Below, one piece after another: positions 11,386-22,831 of a stretch of DNA of 64,000 nt. The notes below the pieces were generated by a model that saw only the letters and a program-made list of their open reading frames with translations, was not told the DNA's origin and ran no database searches. The translations under genes were made by a program, and so were the position numbers. Position 1 is the first letter of the stretch. Each line of letters opens with the position of its first letter. The DNA comes from Macrostomum lignano (Eukaryota). The stretch lies in assembly GCA_002269645.1 (NCBI GenBank), contig NIVC01000312.1, forward strand, positions 372,001 to 436,000. The letters are read 5' to 3'.

Positions 11386-12008
11386 GTTTTACTGATGAGA
11401 CGTACACGCTGACAGACCCGCTCGAACAGCAAGCTGACGTGGGAGCGCACTGGCCTACTGCTACCTTCAAGATAATCGACGATCGATTCACTATCGCGGC
11501 ACTGCATCGCCGCGCCGGCCTTGGTCTAACCAAACGACCTGTTTCACCGTCAGGAACTCCAGCTGGAAGCACGCATCATCCGCTCTGAGTACCTTAACAA
11601 CCTTACCGAGCACCCCCTAGTGCCTCAGCCGGTGCAGGAGGTGCTGATGCTGATCGTCTATTGTCTGCCCTTCTCAGAGTTCGACCCCCCGCTGATTCAA
11701 CAATTCCCGTAGGGCCAATTTTTTTTTTCGAACATTCGAAAAAAGTTGTTCAGTAGTGACTACTTACAGTAACTTGCTCGCGTGCATACAAATTTATTGA
11801 CGAAAATTCAATCAAAACGCGCGCTCTTCAAGTGTTACAGAAACTCCAGGCAAAAACGGAAAACTTGTGGAGTTGCTTTTATTTTTTTTACAAATTCGCG
11901 AAACTTTCAGCGCCGACTGGAGACACGTACGAGTTCCGTTAGTTCTTTTTGAAGAGAAAAAAAAACTATTTTTAAATGGTGTTTGAATGTTCCAAACGGG
12001 ACGGTTTT

Positions 12009-12422
12009 TCATTCGATTTCGTTGACATTTTTCACGATCCAGTCTACCAGTCGCTGTTTGATGCTATCGTAGCTCATGTTCTCGAAGTTCAGGTCGAGTC
12101 GCAGCGGCTCGTACTCAAAACCGGACGGTGCCCACATCTGGACGTAGGGCACGGTGACTACACCCTTCACCTCGGGTATGTTTGGCCGCTGACATTTCGA
12201 CGTGTCAAGTGCAGACATTCGGATGGCTAGCTTGGCGTTAACCAGGCCCTTGGACTTCCACTGGCCTAGAGACCATCTGCTCAGATCGTCGAAAATCGGT
12301 ATGAGCTTACTCTGACAGATCTGGCAGGTCTGGGCGCTGTAGAGCAGCACCTCGACTCGCTGGCTTCTGTACTTGTAGCGCACAATCTCATCTGCGCTGA
12401 TCCAGGCTAGCGAGGCAGCCAT
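12009..12422 (-). CDS. Single-exon thioredoxin-fold protein, 137 aa, with CxxC = CQIC
   Basis: VLLYSAQTCQICQSKLIPIFDDLS is a beta strand, CxxC and helix; VTVPYVQMW is a cis-Pro-like motif plus strand; C-terminal helix SYDSIKQRLVDWI. Non-repetitive ORF with ATG and stop. Confidence 0.72.
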   Translation of the reverse strand: MAASLAWISADEIVRYKYRSQRVEVLLYSAQTCQICQSKLIPIFDDLSRWSLGQWKSKGLVNAKLAIRMSALDTSKCQRPNIPEVKGVVTVPYVQMWAPSGFEYEPLRLDLNFENMSYDSIKQRLVDWIVKNVNEIE

Positions 12423-14094
12423 GACTGCTGGCCGGCTTTGACTAATCGGTCAATTGATAACTCTTGCTTAGCGCATGACTGGATGCATTATAATTAAATG
12501 CTTACTAGTAGCTCCTACTCGAACTGGCCATAGACTATACACACGAGTTCGAGTTGAAGGCGAGATGGGTTAAGTGCCAGGGCTATTTTTAGAACCCGCT
12601 TAGCAACTAAAACAATAGGGAAATATGCTATACGAGTAATAGAATTTGAGTTGAGTTGAATATTCGGCGAGTCGGGTTGTTGGATACAAAAGCGGGCCTT
12701 CTCTACTGACTATTGTCTCTCCTCTATTTGCTCATATATTGCGACATTCATATTGATAGTTTATACAGTATCAATTATTCAATTAATAAAGAAACTCAGA
12801 AAAATGGTTTAACTTGTATACATTGTATGAAATTATCGTTGAAAAAAAACTTTTTTTCAGTACAAAATGCTTCAAGCGGTATCTCAATTTTTATCAGTCT
12901 AATTTTCCACAGCTACGCTAACACGGTGGGAAGACGGCAGACAGACACAGACGCAGCCCCAAGGGAAGAAGCGCGTTGAGCCTCCGGACAGTTGCAGCAA
13001 ATAATTTAAACTCAGCTTTCTTATCTATACGTTGGATTTAATTCCTGCAAACGCTTTTGCTGTCCATGAATAACAGATAAAAACTGCTGTTTGAGGGAAT
13101 GGAGGGGGAATATTGCAGTGTGGGACGCTTAACTCTATTTGCAAACAAATTACACCACAGTTAATATCTCTGTGTCCCATGAATATCCTGCCCTGATAAG
13201 GAGGAACGCGAATTTCTGGGCTGCCTGTGTAATGAGTAGGGAAGAGGAGTCGTTTAGATAATAACTGAAGTCTCCCTGAAATCTCCTGAAAAAAACCCAG
13301 ATATGATCGAGAGGTTTGGTAGTTTGAGTTGAGTGAGAAATTTACACAAGTTTCTGTGCAGTGTTGAGGCTCTGGGATTCATTAAGGTTTCATTGAAAAA
13401 AATTTAATTTGAACTCAAAGCTTGATCTTTTTTAACTCGGTTCATAAATATTGTATCTCATCCCAGAAATTCTCTGGGATGAGAATTTCCCAAAATGAAT
13501 TGTGACCGCGCGCGCGGAATGGAACCAGGGGACAACGTAATTGTTCACCTTTGAGCTGCAGATGTTTTCCACTTTTAGCTGGTCTAAATTTACTTTCACA
13601 AAGTTTGCATACTAATGCAGTGTGCAGGAGTCCCAGTGCTTGCAAAAAGTTTTCGACTTGACTGACCAGGTGACCACTTGACCTTCTCTAGTCAACCTAC
13701 GCAGGCCTACCGTGGCTTAAGTGAAAGAGGAACCTAAATAATAGCCAAAATAAACGTTTTTTTCTTTTGCAGAAAGTACACTGTGTTGAGTTTATAGTGC
13801 TTTCGTAAGCCAATGTAATTACTAAGTATAGCTTAAATAAAGACATGGATTATGCAGGAAACCTTAAAGGACAACAGGGAATCTTACATCATGTATTGCA
13901 AATACTTTAACAAAAATATAAAGTACAGATGGCAGTTGTCAAGGATGGTCAATGCTTTAAATAGTACTTTTTTTACTTTGATTTGAGGAACCGGATGAAA
14001 AACTTGAACGATTCTATGAAATACAAAATAGAAAAATTGTGTTGCTGGAGCCAAACTACGAAGCAACATTAACAAAATATCCGGAATGCACGTT

Positions 14095-15040
14095 CACGAA
14101 CCGGAATTGCTCATTCACGATACTAAATTGCCATTCACGATCCTAGATTGTCATTCACGATCCTAGATTGCCATTCACGATCCTAGATTGCCATTCACGA
14201 TCCTAGATTTCCATTCACGATCCTAGATTGCCATTCACGATCCTAGATTTCCATTCACGATCCGGAATTGCTCATTCACGATCCTAAATTGCCATTCACA
14301 ATCTAAATTTCCATTCACGATCCTAGATTTCCATTCACGATCCTAGATTGCCATTAACAATTTTAAATTGCCATTCACGATACTGAATTGCCATTCACAA
14401 TCCTGAATTGCCATTTACGATATTGAATTGCCATTCACGATCCTAAATTGCCATTCACAATCTAAATTTCCATTCACGATCCTAGATTTCCATTCACGAT
14501 CCTAGATTGCCATTAACAATTTTAAATCGCCATTCACGATACTGAATTGCCATTCACGATACTGAATTGCCATTCACAATCCTGAATTGCCATTTACGAT
14601 ACTGAATTGCCATTCACGATCCGGAATTGCCATTTACGATACTGAATTGCCATTCACGATCTGGAATTGCTCATTCACGATCCTAAATTGCCATTCACAA
14701 TCTGAATTGCCTATTCACGATACTAAATTTCCATTCAAGATCCTAGATTGCCATTCACAATCTGAATTGCCATTCACGATACTAAATTGCCATTCACGAT
14801 CCTAGATTGCCATTCACAATCCTAGATTGCCATTCACGATCCTAGATTGCCATTCACGATCCTAGATTGCCATTTACGATCCTAGATTGCCATTCACGAT
14901 CCTAGATTTCCATTCACGATCTGAATTGCCATTCACGATCCTAGATTGCCATTCACGATCCTAGAATGCCATTCACGATCCTAGATTGCCATTCACGATC
15001 CCAGATTGCCATTCACGATCCCAGATTGCCATTCACGATT
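14095..15040. repeat. About 20-bp minisatellite (GATCCTAGATTGCCATTCAC)n downstream of PTF1A
   Basis: Visible tandem array. Confidence 0.95.
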
Positions 15041-15087
15041 AAGTCTTTCAATACAAATAATTTTCTAGCGCGCATCAAAATGAGGCA

Positions 15088-15250
15088 TCACAGCTGCTGC
15101 GACTCCGAAAAAGTGTTTCCAATTCCATCAGTCAGCCAGTCGCCGTCGCCGCACGTTTCACCGACGGCAAGGACGCCCGGCGTCCAGAGCGTCGCTCGGA
15201 CGCGACGACCACGACGTCGACGCAAGCGCCGCTGGCGTTGAGCATTTGAG

Positions 15251-15293
<43 letters not shown>

Positions 15294-18200
15294 GCTCCTC
15301 TTGCTGCTGATGAAGCAGAAACTCGTCCATGAGAGCGTCCGCGGCGCCGCGTCCACCATCGAGTAGTTGCTGCTCGACGTCCTCAGCCTCGTCCTCGTCG
15401 GTGTCCACGGTGGGGCACCGGATTCGACACTCCGGATCGAGAGTCTGCCGCTCGTCTCGCCAGGCCAGGGAGTGGCCCCACACCGGCAGGCCGGGACTCT
15501 GGGCTGCCGCAGATTCAGCCGCCCAGCAGGGGCTGGCGAGGACACGGGTTCGAATCTCCGATTGAGGCGTCGAGGTTGCGTCGAGCGAACCGGCTGAGGC
15601 TGTATCGGAATGACAGAATGAGATTCTGGATGAATGAGTGTGAGTCACTCTTTAACAGCTATTCGTCTCACTTTCCGCTCGCCCATCCACCCTCTCACCT
15701 TCTCCCCATCTCACACTCTCCCCATCTCACACTCTCCCCATCTCACCCTCTCCCCATCTCACCCCTCCCCATCTCACCCCTCCCCATCACACACTCTCCC
15801 CATCTCACCCTCTCCCCATCTCTCCCTCTCCCCATCTCACCCTCTTCTATCTCACCCTCTTCTATCTCACCCTCTTCTATCTCACCCTCTCCCCATCTCA
15901 CCCTCTTCTATCTCACCCCTCCCCATCTCACCCCTCCCCATCACACACTCTCCCCATCTCACCCTCTCCCCATCTCTCCCTCTCCCCATCTCACCCTCTT
16001 CTATCTCACCCTCTTCTATCTCACCCTCTTCTATCTCACCCTCTCCCCATCTCACCCTCTTCTATCTCACCCTCTCCCCATCTCACCCCTCCCTATCTCA
16101 CTCTCTCCCCATCTCACCCCTCCCCATCTCACCCTCTCCCCATCTCACCCTCTTCTATCTCACCCTCTTCTATCTCACCCTCTCCCCATCTCACCCTCTT
16201 CTATCTCACCCTCTCCCCATCTCACCCCTCCCTATCTCACCCTCTCCCCATCTCACCCTCTCCCCATCTCACCCTCTCCCCATCTCACCCCTCCCCATCT
16301 CACCCTTTCCCCATCTCACCTTCTTTCCATCTCACTCTCTCCCCGTTTTACCCTCTCCCCATCTCACCCTCTCTCCATCTCACCTTCTTTCCATCTCACT
16401 CTCTCCCCGTTTTACCCTCTCCCCATCTCACTCTCTCCCCGTCTCACTCTCTCCCCATCTCACCCTCTCCCTATCTCACCTTCTTTCCATCTCACTCTCT
16501 CCCCGTTTTACCCTCTCCCCATCTCACTCTCTCCCCATCTCACCCTCTCCCCATCTCACTCTCTCAGCCTCTTACCCTCTTACCCTCTCACGCACCCTCT
16601 CTCACTCTGTCATAACCTCTAATCTACTCTTCAATCAATCATAGTTTCCTATAAAACTCAGCAAATACAGTTCAGTTTTATAGATAGCCCTTGAAACTAT
16701 AGATGTAGGGACACAAGCCGATTTTAAGACACCTAACAATTTATATATCCACACGAAGAATCACGGAGCTCTTAGGAGGCCCAGTCAATCATGCTGAGAG
16801 ATAATTACTAATGTTCAATTTACACCCCTATACATAGAGAGTATGAGTCAACCTTCTCACCAAGAAAGATTAAAGATTTAAAATCCTCATTCAATAAACA
16901 TCCTATACTCAAAGCTGCACATCCTTTAAATATCTGAAAATCCGAATTTCGAATAATAAGTGCCTGTGTCTATTAGCTGACTTCCTAAAATCCTTTAATC
17001 TAACAAGACTCAAGCTCAACACACACACAGTTCTGCAGCTTGAATTCAATCTGTGTCTGAAACTCTCGGAAGGTTTCTTACATACTCGTATAGATTTATA
17101 CAAGTGAATTATTTGATTTTGGGCACGTGTCTCACAGAGACAGGCGGCGTGAATCTATTTATTCATTTATGGCTACTCATGCTGGACTGCTTGGCGCCTC
17201 ATTTGACTCATCCTGCATGCTTGGCGCCTCATTTGACTCATCCTGCATGCTTGGCGCCTCATTTGACTCATCCTGCATGCTTGGCGCCTCATTTGACTCA
17301 TCCTGCATGCTTGGCGCCTCATTTGACTCATCTTGCTTGGCGCCTCATTTGACTCATCTTGCTTGGCGCCTCATTTGACTCATCCTGCATGCTTGGCGCC
17401 TCATTTGACTCATCTTGCTTGGCGCCTCATTTGACTCATCTTGCTTGGCGCCTCATTTGACTCATCCTGCATGCTTGGCGCCTCATTTGACTCATCCTGC
17501 ATGCTTGGCGCCTCATTTGACTCATCCTGCATGCTTGGCGCCTCATTTGACTCATCCTGCATGCTTGGCGCCTCATTTGACTCATCCTGCATGCTTGGCG
17601 CCTCATTTGACTCATCCTGCATGCTTGGCGCCTCATTTGACTCATCCTGCATGCTTGGCGCCTCATTTGACTCATCCTGCATGCTTGGCGCCTCATTTGA
17701 CTCATCCTGCATGCTTGGCGCCTCATTTGACTCATCCTGCTTGGCACCTCATTTGACTCATCCTGCTTGGCGCCTCATTTGACTCATCCTGCATGCTTGG
17801 CGCCTCATTTGACTCATCCTGCTTGGCACCTCATTTGACTCATCCTGCTTGGCGCCTTACTCATGACCAACCTGACCAAAGCTAGAGTGTTCAAATAAAT
17901 CTTAGCCCGTCTGTTTCGTAAAATACGCAGGCAAAATGCCTTGTAACAATGCAGGACTTACAATTTGCGTTTCTATCGTTGCACTGCAGCTGCTGAAGTC
18001 CTTCATCATCTCCAGGTACAGCAGCACTATGACAGAGCAGTATCACTTTAGCCGGCTTCCGACTATTCAAGTGCGGGTTGGCTCGAGCTTCGCTGGCCTC
18101 CAGTTCGCGCAGCACCTCCGCCAGATTCTTTATGTACTGGATGGCGTACTTCAGCGTCTCCACTTTGGACAGCTTCCGATCCTCCTTCTGTTCGATCGGC

Positions 18201-18649
18201 AGTCGGCGTCGGAGACCGTCGAACGCGGCATTTATTGAGCGCATTCGTTTGCGCTCGCGCTGATTGGCCGCTCGGCGTTGGTGGATCCGACGGGAGCGGG
18301 CGTCCGTCATCTGCCTGCGATGCGGCCGCTGCTGCTGACGGTCCTGCGGCGCGGCTGCCTTGATACACTTTGCGCTATCCTTGATCGATGCCCGACACTC
18401 GATCGGCTGATCCAGATCGATGCTTGGATAGACTGCTTGATGCTGAGCCATCGGATGCTGGGAAATGTACTCAACAAACTGATGCTGATTCTGGTCGGTA
18501 AAGTTTGAGAACTGCTCAATAGGATAGCCGCAGGATTGATGATGCTGATTGACAGGCATTTGAAACTCTGTCGGGTAGTATGGAGCTTCTGTGTGGAATA
18601 GTGATTCACCCACTGAGCTCCAGTGCTGCTGCTGATTGTGAAGTTCCAT
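15088..18649 (-). CDS. PTF1A: Pancreas transcription factor 1a-type bHLH, 399 aa; exons 18649-17962 and 15599-15088
   Basis: bHLH RRAANQRERKRMRSINAAFDGLRRRLP...RKLSKVETLKYAIQYIKNL, then KVILLCH (cf. KVIICH). Donor T/GTAAGT (phase 1) and acceptor gatacAG/CC (phase 1). Exon 2 has GLPVWGHSLAWRDERQ (C1, cf. GLPPLAGHSLSWTDEKQ) and RATLWTP (C2, cf. TAKVWTPE). Confidence 0.9.
15690..16610. repeat. CT-rich degenerate array (CCCATCTCACCCTCT) in the PTF1A intron
   Basis: Visible; explains ORFs 15576..16622 and 15634..16644. Confidence 0.9.
17188..17857. repeat. 26-30-bp minisatellite (GCATGCTTGGCGCCTCATTTGACTCATCCT)n in the PTF1A intron
   Basis: Visible homogeneous array. Confidence 0.97.
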
Positions 18650-19124
18650 GCTATAGCAGGGGTTCGGCTCTGGTTCCCGGACAAGTTCCCATTTGGTGGA
18701 GTAAGTTCATTTAAATCGAGCGCGTGAGAAGGGGCTGGTCTGAACGGTCATTGGCGGAGGCGATGCGGCGGGCATTAGCTAATTGGTTGAGAGATTGAGT
18801 AGTCGGGGGGGAGGGGATACTCGTGTATTTGTTAAATTCTACTACTGCGAGCTAAAAAGGATTTAAACCTATCTTCATTTTCATAATCAATTCTATATTC
18901 TATACTGTTTCTATATTATTAAATAATGTATATGTAAGACTGACACACTGACTGAAGGATAACGTAGTCTAAGCTTGTGTTTATTCAATTACAGGATTTT
19001 TTTCTTTCTTTAACAAACACATTACATTTAAAAACGTATCTATGGAAATTTGTAATTTTACGTTAACTTAACTAACTGTGGCACTTCAAACACTTACCTG
19101 TTCTTAATGATCAGGGATACAGGA

Positions 19125-19405
19125 GGCAGGACAGAGGACAGAGGACAGAGGACAGAGGACAGAGGACAGAGGACAGAGGACAGAGGACAGAGGACAGAGG
19201 ACAGAGGACAGAGGACAGAGGACAGAGGACAGAGGACAGAGGACAGAGGACAGAGGACAGAGGACAGAGGACAGAGGACAGAGGACAGAGGACAGAGGAC
19301 AGAGGACAGAGGACAGAGGACAGAGGACAGAGGACAGAGGACAGAGGACAGAGGACAGAGGACAGAGGACAGAGGACAGAGGACAGAGGACAGAGGACAG
19401 AGGAC
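19125..19405. repeat. (GGACAGA)n 7-bp satellite
   Basis: Visible perfect array. Confidence 0.97.
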
Positions 19406-19623
19406 AACGAGTTCTGTTGCTCTCCTGAGGACAGAGGACAGAGGACAACGAGTTCTGTTGCTCTCCTAATTAGGGAATTAGGAGATAGAATCCCCTAATT
19501 CCCATGTTCTTTCGTCAGCCAGTCTTAAATAAGCAAGTCTCCTCGGGCATTCATTGAGGCTTGCTGAGCAGACTAGGCTCGGCAAAGATGGCTCTTGTAT
19601 TGTGTTGAGTATATAACTGATAA

Positions 19624-20132
19624 CAAACAGTCACAAACAGTGTCACAAACAGTGTCACAAACAGTGTCACAAACAGTGTCACAAACAGTGTCACAAACAG
19701 TGTCACAAACAGTGTCACAAACAGTGTCACAAACAGTGTCACAAGCAGTGTCACAAACAGTGTCACAAGCAGTGTCACAAACAGTGTCACAAACAGTGTC
19801 ACAAGCAGTGTCACAAACAGTGTCACAAACAGTGTCACAAACAGTGTCACAAACAGTGTCACAAACAGTGTCACAAACAGTGTCACAAACAGTGTCACAA
19901 GCAGTGTCACAAACAGTGTCACAAACAGTGTCACAAGCAGTGTCACAAACAGTGTCACAAGCAGTGTCACAAACAGTGTCACAAACAGTGTCACAAACAG
20001 TGTCACAAACAGTGTCACAAACAGTGTCACAAACAGTGTCACAAACAGTGTCACAAACAGTGTCACAAGCAGTGTCACAAACAGTGTCACAAACAGTGTC
20101 ACAAACAGTGCCACAAACAGTGTCACAAGCAG
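19624..20132. repeat. (CAAACAGTGTCA)n 12-bp satellite
   Basis: Visible array. Confidence 0.97.
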
Positions 20133-20839
20133 TACACATATAGGTTGAACACAAAGTTTCGCAGAATGAGTTAAAATTTCAATCTTGAATTCCTTCTGTT
20201 AAGTATGAGCTCAGTAAATTCAAACATCATTATAAATCACTAGAATAGAAAGAGAATATCCAGGACACGCTCCATCAACCGGTTCCCTTATCCCAGTCGC
20301 CAGCCAAGTGCCACCTGCAAGAATCGATCAACCGCGTCCTGAACTCAGAAATCAAGGGTTTTGAAGTCTCTGCTGTGAACTATATGAAACCAACTTTGAT
20401 GGCATTTTGAAATTTTTGATGCAGTCTTATTTAGCTAACACAGCCAGTGCAAACAGTCTGAAATTGAGATAAGAATTGTATATACTATTGAGAGGATGAA
20501 CTGTGGAATACAGACTCTTACACATCCTTAACAGATAAAGCTATTTATTGTGGGACTTGCACGGACGGTGCGGTGCGGTGCGCGCGTGCGGTCCAATGTT
20601 TAATCATTCCCATGGGGGGGGGGGTGCCCTATCTGTTTTAATAGCTCTGCCCACGTGCGCCAATCAGTTCGGCCCCGTGTGCCAGGCTCGCGAGAGTCTC
20701 GGTGAGAATTCTGTAAAGATCTTATAGTCCTGATTCTCGTCCCGGCCGCGCCCCCCACCCCATCCCTCAAAGTTGCGCTCCAACGAAAACTAAATGAACC
20801 AAGCCTGCGTATTGACAGGAGGAGCTCAGCTTATGCTTG

Positions 20840-21145
20840 AGAGTGGCGCCCAACAAGAGACAGTGAGATAGTGGCGCCCAACAAAAAACAGGTGAGACAG
20901 TGGCGCCCAACAAGAGACAGAGAGACAGTGGCGCCCAACAAGAGACAGAGAGACAGTGGCGCCAAACAAGAGACAGTGAGACAGTGGCGCCTAACAACAA
21001 CAAGAGACAGTGAGACAGTGGCGCCTAACAGCAACAAGAGACAGTGAGAGAGTAGCGCCTAACAATAACAAGAGACAGTGAGACAGTGGCGCCTAACAGC
21101 AACAAGAGACAGTGAGACAGTGGCGCCTAACAACAACAAGAGAAA
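20840..21145. repeat. Minisatellite (AAGAGACAGTGAGACAGTGGCGCCCAAC)
   Basis: Visible array. Confidence 0.9.
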
Positions 21146-21199
21146 GTGAGACAGTGGTGCGTAACAAAAGACAGTGAAAGAGTGGCGTCCAACAAGAAG

Positions 21200-22420
21200 G
21201 GGCAGGACCCAGAAGAGGGGGTCAGGACCCAGAAGAGGGGGCAGGACCCAGAAGAGGGGGCAGGACCCAGAAGAGGGGGTCAGGACCCAGAAGAGGGGGT
21301 CAGGACCCAGAAGAGGGGGTCAGGACCCAGAAGAGGGGGTCAGGACCCAGAAGAGGAGTCAGGACCCAGGAAGAGGGGGCAGGACCCAGAAGAGGGGGGC
21401 AGGACCCAGAAGAGGGGGGCAGGACCCAGAAGAGGGGGTCAGGACCCAGAAGAGGGGTCAGGACCTAGAAGAGGGCTCAGGACCCAAAAGAGGGGTCAGG
21501 ACCCAGAAAAGGGGGGGCAGGACCCAGAAGAGGGCTCAGGACCCAGAAGAGGGGGTCAGGACCCAGAAGAGGGGGCAGGACCCAGAAGAGGGGTCAGGAC
21601 CCAGAAGAGGGGGTCAGGACCCAGAAGAGGAGTCAGGACCTAGAAAAGGGGGGCAGGACCCAGAAGAGGGGTCAGGACCCAGAAGAGGGGGTCAGGACCC
21701 AGAAGAGGGGGCAGGACCCAGAAGAGGGGGTCAGGACCCAGAAGAGGGGGGCAGGACCCAGAAGAGGGGGTCAGGACCCAGAAGAGGGGGCAGGACCCAG
21801 AAGAGGGGGTCAGGACCCAGAAGAGGGGGTCAGGACCCAGAAGAGGAGTCAGGACCCAGAAGAGGGGGGCAGGACCCAGAAGAGGGGGTCAGGACCCAGA
21901 AGAGGGCTCAGGACCTAGAAGAGGGCTCAGGACCCAGAAGAGGGGTCAGGACCCAGAAGAGGGCTCAGGACCCAGAAGAGGGGTCAGGACCCAGAAGAGG
22001 GGGCAGGACCCAGAAGAGGGGTCAGGACCCAGAAGAGGGCTCAGGACCCAGAAGAGGGGGGCAGGACCCAGAAGAGGGCTCAGGACCCAGAAGAGGGGGC
22101 AGGACCCAGAAGAGGGCTCAGGACCCAGAAGAGGGGTCAGGACCCAGAAAAGGGGGGCAGGACCCAGAAGAGGGCTCAGGACCCAGAAGAGGGGTCAGGA
22201 CCCAGAAGAGGGGGGCAGGACCCAGAAGAGGGGGTCAGGACCCAGAAGAGGGGGGCAGGACCCAGAAGAGGGCTCAGGACCCAGAAGAGGGCTCAGGACC
22301 CAGAAGAGGGGGTCAGGACCCAGAAGAGGGCTCAGGACCCAGAAGAGGGCTCAGGACCCAGAAGAGGGGTCAGGACCCAGAAGAGGGGTCAGGACCCAGA
22401 AGAGGGGGGCAGGACCCTGA
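21200..22420. repeat. About 20-bp minisatellite (CAGGACCCAGAAGAGGGGG(T))n
   Basis: Visible array; explains ORF 21174..22451. Confidence 0.97.
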
Positions 22421-22831
22421 GGAATGCGTTGCTGAGCTGTATACATTTTGAGCTTTAAAAGTTATTTATTTAGCATTTCTGACTGTGGTACTTCCAGTAG
22501 TAAATAGGCACACTTAAATTTGTGTGATCGTTTCCAATTTCCCTATAGGTCCATATACGTAAACATCTTTAAACTTCCAGCTGATAGTAAGAAAAGAAAT
22601 AACTTTTCGAATAAAGACAAGGATTATAAATTTCTACGCAGAATAATTTAATTGCTAGTGTATTATCAACCGTCAGTGCTTGGCCCATAGAACACAGAGA
22701 AGGACTCAGAAAGTACTCCGATTCTATAGCGCTTCATACAGCTTATTCACACTCAAAAGACTCTCGACAAAATAGTATCAAATATAGTTGATCAGCAGAA
22801 ACATCCTAAACTCGTTCAGCTTAGGTAACAT

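Noticed and set aside
15576-16644. Long Ser/Pro/His/Leu ORFs
   Set aside because: CT-rich intronic repeat on the antisense strand of PTF1A.
19104-20154. RTEDRGQ, VSQT and CDTV repeat ORFs
   Set aside because: Translations of 7-bp and 12-bp satellites, open in several frames.
18660-20760. PTF1A autoregulatory E-box plus TC-box sites
   Set aside because: CACCTG occurs near 20311 but I found no correctly oriented and spaced TTTCCCA partner.
21146-22451. ORFs with GQDPEEG repeats as a repetitive structural protein
   Set aside because: Frequent unit-length indels switch frames, there is no signal peptide or codon-position constraint, and it behaves as a non-coding VNTR.
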